Source: Kiritimatiellia bacterium (GTDB lineage Bacteria; Verrucomicrobiota; Kiritimatiellia; RFP12; UBA1067). Taken from it: DNA of 60,872 nt. The stretch spans positions 1 to 60,872 of the forward strand of contig JAZUHK010000030.1 of NCBI GenBank assembly GCA_045641645.1, given 5' to 3'. The notes beneath the pieces were generated by a model, which saw only the letters and a list, made by a program, of their open reading frames with translations, was not told the DNA's origin and made no database searches. Of this stretch, positions 34,801-44,426 are shown piece after piece. Each line of letters starts with the position of its first letter. The stretch's first letter is position 1. Position numbers and translations under genes: made by a program.

Positions 34801-37800
34801 GATTTCCGAGGGCGTGACGCTTTCGGGTTCGACCAAATACGAGTTGGTGTATCCATTTGCCGCCGGGAGTTCCGAGCAGACGCTGGAAATGCCGACGAAC
34901 GCCGCGGCGGTGGTGCTCAAGGGACCCGACGGCGATCAGGCCGCCGTCCTGAGCGGGGCGTTGGCGAGTGCGGAATCAAAGGTGGCGGTCGAAGGGCGCC
35001 TGCGGATAGAGAACGCGGGGAGCGATTTCGGTGGCGGCGTGGAAGTGCGTGCGGGGAGTGTGGCCGAGGTGGCGGGGCAGATCAGCGGCAAACTGACGGT
35101 CGCAAAGGGCGCCCGCTTGGTGGCGCTCGGCAATGATCAGCTTGATTCCAATGCGCAAATGGATATCGCGGGCGTCCTCGACCTCGGCACGCACTGTTGG
35201 ACGTTGCCCCGCTCTTCGCTGGCGGAGCGGCGCATCTATTTGCGCCCAGGGGCGGTGGTAATGGGCACCGGCAATGCCGAGGGCATAGCGTTCGTCGTTT
35301 CCGTGGAGAACTGCTGCGTCGCTTGTCAGGACACGGTCGCCGGCGGCATTAAGGAGCCCGTCGTCTGGAGCGCCAATATCCGGGCGGACGGCGAAGTGAC
35401 GATGTTTTTCGTTGATGACGGCCATACCCTGCGCTTCGGCGGGCGTTTGCAGGCGGGTACTCAGGCCGCGACACCGTCGATCATCAAGAACGGCAAGGGG
35501 CGGCTCGATCTTACCGAGGGCTTTGCGCAGGACGAGAAGCTGAAACTCTCGGTCGCCAAAGACGGCACGCTTGGCGTGGCGGCACCGCTGACGGTGCCTA
35601 AGCTGGAGATGGCCGGTGGGGCGGTCTTCAGTCCGGCGGCGATCTTGACGGTCACGAACTTGACGGCTGAGGTCCTGGATGTGGATCTCGCCGGCTATCT
35701 CGCCGCCAAACCCTGGTGCAAGCGCTTCGAGATCCTGCATCTGCCTACGGCGGATTCCTTCGCGGTCGAGAAGGTTCACTTTACGCCGCCCTCCAAGGGC
35801 GAATGGGCGGCCAAATTCGATGCCGAGGCGCATCTCCTCAAGATCGAACTTCCCGACCTCGACATCACCTGGACGGGGGCGGCCGGTGGTGGCTTCGACT
35901 GGACGAAGGCCGAGAACTGGTCGCCGCGCGTTCCCGATGACGGCACCTATGTGACGCTCGCCCCCGCGCGGACGGCGGAGATTTCACTCCCGGCGGACGG
36001 TACGGCGTTCCTCGCCCGGCTGACGCTCTCGGGCGGACCCGTCGCCTTTGCGGGCGGGACGCTCAGGGTGGACGAGCTGATCGCCGACGAGCTTACGAAT
36101 GCGCTGGCGGTCGCCGAGGAATCGGAAGTCGTCGTCAGCAGCCGCCTCTCCGCGAGCGCGGGGCTGAACCTCGCGGAGACGGCCTTGCTCGTCATCAGCA
36201 ACGACCTCGCCATGACCTTCGCGACGGCGGTCGGCGGTGCGGGCGAGGTGCTGAAGGAGGGCGAGGGGACGCTGACGCTCGTCGGCCCCGTCTCCTGTGC
36301 GGGCGGGCTGACGCTGGCGACGGGGCTTACGCGCCTTGGTGCCGAAAATGCCGCGGGTGCGAAGGTGTCGGTGGCCGCTGGCGCGTCGCTGGATCTCGCG
36401 GGCTTCGGCGGCGTGAAGGAACTGGTCGTCTCGGGCGCGGGAGATGGTCTCGGCCGCCCGTGGGCGCTCACTTCCTCGGGGGCTTCGAGTGCGGGCGTCA
36501 CCAATGTCGTCTTGCGGGGCGACACGACGGTGAAGACGGAGGAGGGCACGGTGATCGGCTTCGGCGGCGAGGCGCCGGGGGCGCTCGATCTCCTCGGCCA
36601 CACCCTCGTCAAGAACGGGGACGGCGTACTGGCGCTTACGAACCTCGTCATCCGCGGCGGTACGCTGGAGGTGCGCGAGGGCGGGGTGGAGATTGCAGGA
36701 GATAGTGCGTTCGCGGCGAACGGAGCGATGGGGTCGGCGCTCGTCATCCGCGAGGGGGCCTGGGTGCGCGGCGCAGCTGTCCGCGGCGGCGAGGCCGTGC
36801 CGCTAATGGTGGGCGAGCTCGTTTGCGAGGGCGAATACCGCGGCGCGGCGGACGGTTGTGGGCTTTGGGTCACTTCGCGGCTCGCGGGCGCGGGGGTGAT
36901 CGATTCCTTGCGGCTCGGCGAGGGCGCGACGATGGTCGTCGGGGCGTCGCCGATGGTGGCGACGAACGAATTCACGGCTCCCCAGAAGACCTATGCGCTC
37001 GACTTCGGTTCGATAGACCTTTCGACGCTGGCGAAAGGCGAGGAATATCCGGCGGCGCTTTTGGCCGCGCCCCTGCCGACTGATCTTGCCGGCATTTCCT
37101 TCTCCGACGACCTGCCGCCGTTGGAACTCTACTGCACCGAGGATGCCGCGACCGGCGTCTGGACCTTCGGCGTCCGCCGCAAGATTCTTCCGGCCGTCCT
37201 CACCTGGGTAGGACAGGCCGGCGGCACCTGGACGAAGCGTGATTTCGACGGGGTCGGCCAGATTTACGACGATGCCGAGCGGCAGAGCATCTTCTTTGCC
37301 GACAGCACCAACAAGACGGTGGAGGGCATCGTCGTGCGGGCGGTGGGGGCGAAGCAGGTGGACGCCCTCGTCTTCAGCAACGATTTCCGGGAGGTGCGGC
37401 TGGAGGGCGATGCCGTCTCGGCGCGGCGTTTCGTCAAGACCGGGGCGGGACGGGCGGTGCTGGCGGCGGAAGTGGCGGTGTCGTCGCGTGAAATCGTGCT
37501 CAAGAACGGCGTCCTTGTCTTCGAGGTGCCGGCGGGAACCTCGCGCACGGTTACTGCGCAAATCGTGGGCGCGGGGGCGATTGAACTCGTGGGCGGCGGT
37601 ACGCTGGTTCTCGCTGGCGCGAATTCCTTTGGCGGCGGCATCACGGTGACGGACGGCGTCCTCCGTATGGGGTCGAAGACGGCGCTGGGCGCGAGCGCGT
37701 CAGCCGTCAGGGTGCTGCCGGGCGGCACCTTGGATATGAACGGACAGTGCGGCTATGCCGCGGATGAGGGCTATGCGCTCGTCCTCGCCGGCGGCTGTCT

Positions 37801-40800
37801 CGCCGATTTCGCGGCGGCGTCGGTAGATCCGACCAATTCGCGCCCCTTCTCCGTCTGGCGGGTGACGGCCTCCTCCGAGGTGTCGGGCTCGGCCGAGGTG
37901 GGGCTGGTGGCGGTTGAAGGCGGGGCGACGGCAATTGGGCTTGCGAACGGTGCCGTACTCAACAAGCGCGGTGAGAATACCTTGCGCATCGCGAACGCCA
38001 CGGTCAGCGGCAACGGCAGGATGCAGGTGACGGGCGGGTCTTTGACGGTGGATGCGGCCTCGACGCTGGTCGATGGCGTGGCGCTGGAGGTCTCGGCGAG
38101 CGGACGGCTGGTTCTGAACGGCGCCCTCACGACGGACGAGGTCTTCATGAATGGCGGGGTTGCCGGGCAGGGGACGCTGACCGTGCGCAAGCGCTTCAAT
38201 TCCAGCTCGACGGCGAACATCCCCTATCTCTCCTTGGCGAGCGGAACTCTCCTTTCTGGTATCGCCCCGCGCATTGCGGGGCGGCTCACGCTTGGCGACA
38301 CCCTCGATCTCGATCGCGCCAAAGTGCCGGAGAACGGGACGATCTTCGCGTACGTTCCTGCCGACACCTACCTCGCCGAGACGCGCGCGACGGTGCGGGG
38401 GCAGGGCTCCTATCGGCTCTACGTGAGCGCGGGCGAACTCAAGTTCTTCAGGCCGCCGGTGGTGGACTACGAGAAACTGGAAGTGGTGCAGAACTTCCAG
38501 GAGGTGCGGCTTACCGTCAAGGTGCGCAACCTCCTCTACGGGCCGAATGTGGACGGTGGTGCGAAGGCCTGGGCCGTCATCGTCGATGAGCGCGGGGCCG
38601 AACGGACGGGCGACGGCTTCGAGCTGCCCACGGAAAACGGCGAGAAGTACTATAACTTCAAGGGTCTTGCCTACGGCCACCTCTACCATGTGGAGACGCG
38701 GCTCGAATACGACGGCGCGCTCTTCACGCTCGACGCCTGCCAGCCGCTGGTGACGGCGAATCGCGTCCATAACCAACCGGACTGGGTGGGGATGGACGGG
38801 ATTTGGATGTATGAGAACGCCTATTCCTACGAAGATCCCTTCTTCTCTTCCGGCGAATGGCGCGCCGATCCGGCGGCGGTCAAGTCGGTGGCGGGGCAGA
38901 TTGTCGTCGATCCCTCGGAAGCCGACGAAGAGGAGCTGACGACGCTCTTCATCCCCACCAATTCCATTCCCGAGTGCTCGGGCTACGAAATCGTCTTCCA
39001 GGCCACTCCCGACGGCGCTTATGCGCCCGGCGACCTGCCGCCGGCCGACGGCGTCTTCGGCGTCGCCCTCGGCCGCGACGCCGTGCGGACGGAGAAGCTG
39101 GCGTTCTGGGTGACGGTGGACGGGGGGTGGGTCCAGGTGCCGCGTTCGCGGTACGCGCCGCGGCTCGGCGCCACCTACGAGTTCGAGGTGGCCACCTGCC
39201 TGCGGGGCGACATGAACGGCGACCGCCCGGCCATCGCCTACTATGTGTCTGAAGTGAATGGCTCCACGGTGGGCTCGCGGCATTTCCTTTACGGCTCGGG
39301 GATGACCACCCGCCGTTTCCCCGAGAGCATCGAATTCGACGGCTTCATGCATCTCTCCTTTATCCGCGGCGACGTGCTCGACGACTCGCTCCTTAAGGTA
39401 GAGGTGAATTTCGCCGATGGCGGCGTGGTGGGGCAGAATTTCACCAACCTCAATCTTAACGGCATCATCAACCTCGCCGAGCTTTTCCCGACCGACTACA
39501 CGAACGGCATCGCCTATCTGCGCGTGCGCGATGCGGCGGGGCGGCTCGTCTTCAACGACGAGATCTGGCTTTCCGACACCCATAGGTTCAACCTGCCCTG
39601 CGAGGTGAAGCCGGGCGGGATCTATTCGCTCGAACTTGACGTGATGACCGAGAACGGGCTCAGGGTCAAGGGCGATAACGACTACCGCGATTCGGTCGCC
39701 GACGGGCGGCGCGCGGAGTTCGGCGCCACCGACAGGTTCGGAGAGCCGGCGGGCGGCTGGATTCGCGAAGACGCGCTGACGCTTGCGGGCGAACGCGCGG
39801 GAACCGGTGAATGGCGCACGGAGGGGGCCATCGACCTCCTGCGGACGGAATTCGGGCGAGCCGAACCCTGCGTTGACTTTTCCGGCGAAGGCGGCGCGAA
39901 ACTGGCCTTCGTGCCCACCAACGATTCCGTTCAGGTGCGGAATGCGACCACGCGCGAGTTCCGCTTCACCGTGGTTCAGCGCGGCTGCGACACGCCTTAC
40001 CGCTTCCAGAGCGACGTGGAGGACCGGATGGGCGAAGACCTGCCGCCGGACCTCAGGATGGACGGGGAGTTCGCGGGCGTCACCCTCGTCGCCGACGAGC
40101 GCTTCCCGCTGGTGTCCACGAATCTCAGCGAGAATGTGGTGCTTACCAATTACCTGACGCGCCTCGCGGTCTGGGACGCGCCGGCGGCGCGCTGGCGGAT
40201 GGTGGAGGACTCCACCACCCGGTACGCCCGCTTCCTCGTCACCAACCGTACGGACGTGCTCCTGTACGATACCTATGAAATCCTCGTCCTCGTCAACTAC
40301 CCGAATCCCCAGAACGACAAGACCTTCGTTTCGTATTACCGTACGCTCGAAGGCGAGAACCAGTTCCTCGCGGGCTTCGAACTGCCGGACGGGATGCTGC
40401 CGGCCCTGGGCACGGTCTTCACCAACGATGTGAGCTTCGCGGGCGTGGGCACCTTCCTGAAGTTGGAAGGCGACTGCTACGACGCGCATCTCGCCGAAGT
40501 CGATGGCGAGGAGTATTGGACCATCGAGGAGGCGCGCCTCGCCGCCGAAGAGAAGGGGACGGGCTTCAAGCCGCTCTGGAACGCCACCTACGAACTCACG
40601 CAGGAAAGCGGGCGCTTCTCGGTAATCGACCCGGACGGCATCCTGAAGGTGCTCTGGAACGGGCGCGCCTACGAGACCGAGCGTGTGGGCGAAGTGGTGT
40701 GGTACTACTACTCGCCCGTCAACAACTGGATCGGCTTCGCCGACGACCGCCACCTCGTTTCGAATGGGCTGGAGTACGTGGTGGGTGACGCGCGGGCGCT

Positions 40801-42607
40801 CGCGTGGATCGCGCGCGCCTCTACCAACGCCGATTTCCGCGCCGCGCGCGTGGTGCTCTCCAATCGGATCGACCTCACCGCCCACGACTGGACGCCGATT
40901 GCGCGCTTCGACGGTGTCTTCGACGGCCAAACCAATGTAATCGCGGGACTCAATACGGGCGATTTCCGCGGCGGGCTTACGAATGCGGCGAACATCTCCG
41001 CCTACGGGCTTTTCGCCTCGGCCTCGAACGCCGTCTTCCAGAATGTCGCCTTCGAGCGCGTGGCGATCACCAACGGTGCCGATGCGGTCGCCGCGCTCCT
41101 CGGCTGCTCGCTCGGGGAGCTTACGGTTTCCAATGTCACCATCCGTTCGGGCGTCATCTGCGGCGACGGCACTTGGACTGCGGGCGCGGTGGGGCTGGCG
41201 GAGGACTATCCGAAGCTCGTCCTCGTCGCCAGCACCAACGCCGCGGCGCTGGTCGCGGGCGAGCCCGCATCCTACCTCGCGGGTCTCGTCAACTTGGGTG
41301 GCTTTACCGAATATCGGGAAGGGCGCGGCGAACTCAAGCTGGTCGATAACGAGAACCGCGGCGAACTTAAGGCGCAAATCGAACTTGGTAAGGGCAATGT
41401 GGCGCAAGTGGCGGGCGGCGCCAAGGAAGGGGCTACCTTCGGCGCGCGCGAGATTCACGGCAATGTGGGCACGGGAGCGGTAGAGCGCGTTGTTTGCGAG
41501 ACGGGCGGGGACGATCACGACCTGCCGCCCTATCCGGTGGTGAACCTCGCTTCGGTCTTCGCGCGCTACGGCCGCTATTCCGAGTCGATGGGCGATTACG
41601 GGTTCCGCCGTTACATTGAGGCCGAGGGTTCGCCTGATTTGACGTCCTTCGATCTCCTGGTGGACCCGTGCTACCGCACGGCGCGGCTCCTCGGGGCGTT
41701 CGACTCGAACGGCGAGACGAATCTGGTCGGGCTCGTGAACGATATGATCACCACCTTGCCCGACGGCGGGCGCTTCGACCTCAACTTCGATCTCGAGTCG
41801 CGGGACCCCATCGAGCTCGACCGCAACCTCGGCTTCAACCTGAACGGGCATATGCTCGATGTGGTCTTTGAGAACAGCGCCTTCGCGATGACGCATAGCG
41901 ACACGGCTACGGTCATCTCCAATGGTACGGTCATTGTCAACGCCCAGCAGGAGGCGCCGTTCATGACCATCGGCGAGGGCGTGGAGCGCGCCTTCTGGAC
42001 GACGAACGACATCCATCTCGTCAAGTGGGGCGAGGACGGCACGGAGTATTACGACCGCGACATCTATCTCCCCGAGAACGAGGAGTACAGGGACTCCGTT
42101 TCGGCACCGCAGCTTATGACATACCTCAAGATGGGGGTGGTGGTGTCGTTCAACTATGATTCGGTTTATTCGGTGGACGAGAAAGGCAATGTGAAGGTCG
42201 CTGGGCAGACGGTTGCCACTTTCGGCAAGGGCTACAAGGTCGTGCCCTTCATCGGCGAGGATGGCTATCCTGCCTGTAAGGTCGAGTTGGAGCCGATTGA
42301 GCTAAAGGAGGCCGTGGCGGAGGTGGCGCTTGATTTGAGCGAAGTCCTGAAGTCCGTGGGCGAGATCGGACCTAAGGGCAAGAACGTGGAGCTGGAAGTC
42401 GCGGGCAATACGCTTGCCGCCTGCGACTACTGCCTCCAGGAGACCACCTCTCTGGAGCAGGGTTGGCCGACGGTGAAGGAGACGGACTGGAAGAGCGTCG
42501 CCAAGGACGGCGATCCCCTCCGCTTCACCGTCCACCTCACGGCCGAAGCCGGCTTCTTCCGCATCACCATTCGTGAAAAACCGGAAAGAAACAATGTCGA
42601 TGAGTGA
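31844..42607 (+). CDS. giant secreted/surface protein (3,587 aa)
   Basis: Signal peptide MMRRLIFGAITLGLCLLGHRAWA. Two copies of the roughly 190-aa module (31991-32575, 33698-34267). Three GW.LY...KLEW.W units. A long tract of autotransporter-associated beta-strand-type repeats (for example GEGTLTLVGPVSCAGGLTLATG and GGGTLVLAGANSFGGGITVTDGVLRMG) at about 34800-38200. GLUG-like segment (YGLFASASNAVFQNVAFERVAI) at about 40950-41300. Confidence 0.85.
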   Translation: MMRRLIFGAITLGLCLLGHRAWADTAVSIKGETVGFTGAILKRSGVLVPAGYTLLKAVKTDGKSYIDTGYQPTSLDLGFDLDFTYHSPLSTTNGRRILGASGKSNGEWSGLFLSGTTIAGAEGGGTFYFGKMASPINPELKQNERVLLRVRNHALKSSAGLGEALTATDANFGVTNLWIGRVGTSSGYQVSTSALLTLYGFKIYEGDTLVANFIPVQRNEDGAVGLLDIAGNQGFCGNAAGEGELAAIELTDAPPSLVITSSLGDGVAAQPGEVFPGYGVEAGLQAGEKIAIGILRDNEFGNFCSGWKLYHQEGEAWVLDQSGSGPLAYVQGGVPAKLEWQWHQLVLNGFEAIKNGGIESGTWIKNDGAYGSNDGTAAFTADWTGGIISKAGSGGYNVPTELVAGTYCMVAQGNTTFSQKISIPVAGTGVLSFSCARRGGTYNPNTPHYLTVSLGGQVVVDNASIIGDNVQQKSFDLGQVPAGETTLEFVFSKTSGDLATFLEDISLKVTSKESSDEGTFIISSSVDGERGAPQPAYGSYSGFAEGDPVSARMENAVVTNGIEVFSCVGWRLYGYDRMTDGWELRSEGAGTAFAGVFAYPRMKLEWVWLKWLSENPLPEGYTLLDYVESNGSQYFDTDVVPKDNTRLVIDLQYYQLPLPPNYLARNGWGSSATQEAFEWGIRNGQFMVCVSPDTAYVDCGAMDTERHNFDIGNGKQYFDGELVSQTSVGNTATSGQTIYLFNLHGEWITSSGGNVGDQCYERIFRCQIFNGGTWLRDYVPAKDDNGTIGFYDLIAKSFKTSESGTLDAGPPKEPPSVGTPGTVAVEGVPAAYAQVFPAYGIYEIPTEPIVCSAPEAPTGLDVVVRCRGYRLSVLDAQGEWQEAEAGETSSFLLEPSASPMKVEWLWEAHTETYHATIGGTQRLSEIAWLDANNRLVDWDTVRLSAAELQLSAGGAVTVDFDASIEFSRLTLAGGGYFRLVNTVLPSISEGVTLSGSTKYELVYPFAAGSSEQTLEMPTNAAAVVLKGPDGDQAAVLSGALASAESKVAVEGRLRIENAGSDFGGGVEVRAGSVAEVAGQISGKLTVAKGARLVALGNDQLDSNAQMDIAGVLDLGTHCWTLPRSSLAERRIYLRPGAVVMGTGNAEGIAFVVSVENCCVACQDTVAGGIKEPVVWSANIRADGEVTMFFVDDGHTLRFGGRLQAGTQAATPSIIKNGKGRLDLTEGFAQDEKLKLSVAKDGTLGVAAPLTVPKLEMAGGAVFSPAAILTVTNLTAEVLDVDLAGYLAAKPWCKRFEILHLPTADSFAVEKVHFTPPSKGEWAAKFDAEAHLLKIELPDLDITWTGAAGGGFDWTKAENWSPRVPDDGTYVTLAPARTAEISLPADGTAFLARLTLSGGPVAFAGGTLRVDELIADELTNALAVAEESEVVVSSRLSASAGLNLAETALLVISNDLAMTFATAVGGAGEVLKEGEGTLTLVGPVSCAGGLTLATGLTRLGAENAAGAKVSVAAGASLDLAGFGGVKELVVSGAGDGLGRPWALTSSGASSAGVTNVVLRGDTTVKTEEGTVIGFGGEAPGALDLLGHTLVKNGDGVLALTNLVIRGGTLEVREGGVEIAGDSAFAANGAMGSALVIREGAWVRGAAVRGGEAVPLMVGELVCEGEYRGAADGCGLWVTSRLAGAGVIDSLRLGEGATMVVGASPMVATNEFTAPQKTYALDFGSIDLSTLAKGEEYPAALLAAPLPTDLAGISFSDDLPPLELYCTEDAATGVWTFGVRRKILPAVLTWVGQAGGTWTKRDFDGVGQIYDDAERQSIFFADSTNKTVEGIVVRAVGAKQVDALVFSNDFREVRLEGDAVSARRFVKTGAGRAVLAAEVAVSSREIVLKNGVLVFEVPAGTSRTVTAQIVGAGAIELVGGGTLVLAGANSFGGGITVTDGVLRMGSKTALGASASAVRVLPGGTLDMNGQCGYAADEGYALVLAGGCLADFAAASVDPTNSRPFSVWRVTASSEVSGSAEVGLVAVEGGATAIGLANGAVLNKRGENTLRIANATVSGNGRMQVTGGSLTVDAASTLVDGVALEVSASGRLVLNGALTTDEVFMNGGVAGQGTLTVRKRFNSSSTANIPYLSLASGTLLSGIAPRIAGRLTLGDTLDLDRAKVPENGTIFAYVPADTYLAETRATVRGQGSYRLYVSAGELKFFRPPVVDYEKLEVVQNFQEVRLTVKVRNLLYGPNVDGGAKAWAVIVDERGAERTGDGFELPTENGEKYYNFKGLAYGHLYHVETRLEYDGALFTLDACQPLVTANRVHNQPDWVGMDGIWMYENAYSYEDPFFSSGEWRADPAAVKSVAGQIVVDPSEADEEELTTLFIPTNSIPECSGYEIVFQATPDGAYAPGDLPPADGVFGVALGRDAVRTEKLAFWVTVDGGWVQVPRSRYAPRLGATYEFEVATCLRGDMNGDRPAIAYYVSEVNGSTVGSRHFLYGSGMTTRRFPESIEFDGFMHLSFIRGDVLDDSLLKVEVNFADGGVVGQNFTNLNLNGIINLAELFPTDYTNGIAYLRVRDAAGRLVFNDEIWLSDTHRFNLPCEVKPGGIYSLELDVMTENGLRVKGDNDYRDSVADGRRAEFGATDRFGEPAGGWIREDALTLAGERAGTGEWRTEGAIDLLRTEFGRAEPCVDFSGEGGAKLAFVPTNDSVQVRNATTREFRFTVVQRGCDTPYRFQSDVEDRMGEDLPPDLRMDGEFAGVTLVADERFPLVSTNLSENVVLTNYLTRLAVWDAPAARWRMVEDSTTRYARFLVTNRTDVLLYDTYEILVLVNYPNPQNDKTFVSYYRTLEGENQFLAGFELPDGMLPALGTVFTNDVSFAGVGTFLKLEGDCYDAHLAEVDGEEYWTIEEARLAAEEKGTGFKPLWNATYELTQESGRFSVIDPDGILKVLWNGRAYETERVGEVVWYYYSPVNNWIGFADDRHLVSNGLEYVVGDARALAWIARASTNADFRAARVVLSNRIDLTAHDWTPIARFDGVFDGQTNVIAGLNTGDFRGGLTNAANISAYGLFASASNAVFQNVAFERVAITNGADAVAALLGCSLGELTVSNVTIRSGVICGDGTWTAGAVGLAEDYPKLVLVASTNAAALVAGEPASYLAGLVNLGGFTEYREGRGELKLVDNENRGELKAQIELGKGNVAQVAGGAKEGATFGAREIHGNVGTGAVERVVCETGGDDHDLPPYPVVNLASVFARYGRYSESMGDYGFRRYIEAEGSPDLTSFDLLVDPCYRTARLLGAFDSNGETNLVGLVNDMITTLPDGGRFDLNFDLESRDPIELDRNLGFNLNGHMLDVVFENSAFAMTHSDTATVISNGTVIVNAQQEAPFMTIGEGVERAFWTTNDIHLVKWGEDGTEYYDRDIYLPENEEYRDSVSAPQLMTYLKMGVVVSFNYDSVYSVDEKGNVKVAGQTVATFGKGYKVVPFIGEDGYPACKVELEPIELKEAVAEVALDLSEVLKSVGEIGPKGKNVELEVAGNTLAACDYCLQETTSLEQGWPTVKETDWKSVAKDGDPLRFTVHLTAEAGFFRITIREKPERNNVDE

Positions 42608-43826
42608 TATGGCAGTGGAAGGCGCGGCTGATTGGACGGCCTATATCGAAACGAAAGGCCGTGCGGCGCGGGCGGCGGCGGCGGAACTGGCGCGACTCAA
42701 GGCGGAGGATAAGAATGCGGCGCTCGGGCGGATGGCCGACGCACTGACGGCGAAGCGGGCGGCCATTCAGGCGGCGAACGCGGAGGATGTGGCGGCGGCG
42801 AAGGCGGCTGGGCTTAGTCCCGCGATGGTCGATCGGCTGACGCTTACGGAGGCGCGTTTCGCGGCGATGACGGCGGGGGTGCTGCAAGTGGCGGAGCTTC
42901 CCGATCCCGTGGGCGAAGAGCTGTGGGCGCGCACGCGGCCGAGCGGAATCACCATCAGGAAGGTGCGCGTTCCCCTCGGGGTCGTGGCAGTGGTCTTCGA
43001 GTCGCGCCCGAATGTCTTCGTGGATACGGCGGCATTGTGCCTCAAGACGGGGAACGCCGTCATTCTGCGCGGCGGCAAGGAGGCGATTCGCACCAATACG
43101 GCGCTCGCGGCGGCGGTGCGCGAAGGACTGGGGGCGCTCGCCGAGGCGGTGCAGTTCGTGGAGGCGCTCGATCATGCGGCGGTGACGGCACTCGTTCGGG
43201 CGGTGGAGTTTGTGGATGTGGCGATTCCGCGCGGCGGCGAGCGGCTGATCCGCGCGATGTGCGAGGCGGCGCTTGTTCCCGTCCTCAAGCACTACAAGGG
43301 GGTGTGCCACCTCTATGTCGATGACAAGGCCGATCTCGTGAAGGCGCTCGCGATTCTCGATAACGCCAAGACCCAGCGGCCGGGAGTGTGTAATGCGGTG
43401 GAGGGGCTGCTTATTCATGAGCGGCTGATGCCGCTGTTCCGGCCGATGGTGGAGGCGTGGGCGAAGGATAAGGGCGTAACTCTTCACGAGGGCGAGGAGG
43501 GGACGGAGTTCCTGGCGCTCGACCTCAACGTGGCGACGGTGCCGGACGTGCGCGCGGCCATCGAGTTCATCAACGCGCACGGTTCGCACCACAGTGACGC
43601 GATTGTCACCGAGGACGCGGCGCGCGCGGCGGAATTCCTGCGGGATGTCGATTCGGCGTGCGTCTATCACAACGCCTCGACCCGCTTCACCGACGGCGGC
43701 GAGTTCGGCATGGGCGCGGAGATCGGCATCTCCACCGACAAACTGCACGCGCGCGGACCGATGGGGCTCGAAGAGCTTACCACCTACAAGTATCTCGTCA
43801 CCGGCGACGGCACGGTGAGGGTTTGA
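42594..43826 (+). CDS. proA: glutamate-5-semialdehyde dehydrogenase
   Basis: KNAALGRMADAL...GVVAVVFESRPNV...NAILRGG...CNAVEGLLIH...HGSHHSDAIVT...YHNASTRFTDG are classic ProA motifs. ATG 42600 or 42609 are alternative starts. Confidence 0.85.
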   Translation: MSMSDMAVEGAADWTAYIETKGRAARAAAAELARLKAEDKNAALGRMADALTAKRAAIQAANAEDVAAAKAAGLSPAMVDRLTLTEARFAAMTAGVLQVAELPDPVGEELWARTRPSGITIRKVRVPLGVVAVVFESRPNVFVDTAALCLKTGNAVILRGGKEAIRTNTALAAAVREGLGALAEAVQFVEALDHAAVTALVRAVEFVDVAIPRGGERLIRAMCEAALVPVLKHYKGVCHLYVDDKADLVKALAILDNAKTQRPGVCNAVEGLLIHERLMPLFRPMVEAWAKDKGVTLHEGEEGTEFLALDLNVATVPDVRAAIEFINAHGSHHSDAIVTEDAARAAEFLRDVDSACVYHNASTRFTDGGEFGMGAEIGISTDKLHARGPMGLEELTTYKYLVTGDGTVRV

Positions 43827-43828
43827 GC

Positions 43829-44326
43829 ATGGGCAGGCGTACGATGGTGTCGCAGGGTAGGTTGTTTGCGCTCGCCTTTTCGCTGCTGGCTTTGCCACTT
43901 CTTGCCGAGACGACCGTGGGCGTGAGCGGGCTGATCGCGCTTCCGCAGGGCGGCACGGGTGACCGGCGGCGCGGCGGTGCGGCGGTGCGGTTCGTGCAGA
44001 CGCTCGGCGAGGACTGGGCGCTCGAAGGCGAGGCGGGGGCGCTGGAGGATTCGGCTTTGCTTGCCGCCCGCGCCCGTTGGTTCTGGCACGGCTGGGAGGA
44101 GTTCAACCTGCTCTTCGGCTATGAGCGTCTGGATCCGTTCTTTACGCTGGGCGTCCGCGGCACTTTGGGCGGTGACGCCGCCTTCGGGCCGGCGGCCGGA
44201 CTGGGCGCGCTCTATTATCTTACCGACGAATGGGCGCTTCGCTTCGATGCCGAGGCCATGCTTTCGCTGGACGGCTCGGAGGCGATGGTCTATGCCCTTG
44301 GATTGGGAATTGAGTATGCGTGGTGA
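43829..44326 (+). CDS. small outer-membrane beta-barrel protein
   Basis: 165 aa. Signal peptide. Alternating amphipathic strands. C-terminal aromatic residue (..GLGIEYAW), typical of OMP barrels. Confidence 0.5.
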   Translation: MGRRTMVSQGRLFALAFSLLALPLLAETTVGVSGLIALPQGGTGDRRRGGAAVRFVQTLGEDWALEGEAGALEDSALLAARARWFWHGWEEFNLLFGYERLDPFFTLGVRGTLGGDAAFGPAAGLGALYYLTDEWALRFDAEAMLSLDGSEAMVYALGLGIEYAW

Positions 44327-44425
44327 GAAGGTTGAGGGAGGGGGAAGGTGGAGAAAGTAGGTGGAGGTGGAGAGGGGAAGAATTGTTCGATTGATCGATT
44401 GAGGGGGAGAAGGTTGAGGTTGTGG
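44326..44425 (+). repeat. polypurine composite repeat, full copy
   Basis: GAGAAGGTTGAGGG flank, exact 28-mer core GAAGGTGGAGAAAGTAGGTGGAGGTGGA at 44344-44371, then GAAGAATTGTTCGATTGATCGATT, then a second GAGAAGGTTGAGG. Confidence 0.9.
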
Positions 44426-44426
44426 A

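Noticed and set aside
37700-42016. 1,438-aa open reading frame antisense to the giant gene
   Set aside because: It lies entirely inside, and opposite to, a CDS with strong motif support. Its composition (R/G/A/V/E/H/P-rich, no motifs, no start context) is what antisense frames of high-GC genes produce. The same explanation applies to other long shadow ORFs, for example 913-1707(-), 13629-14726(-), 28090-29136(-), 47122-48177(+), 48201-49277(+) and 58753-60732(-).
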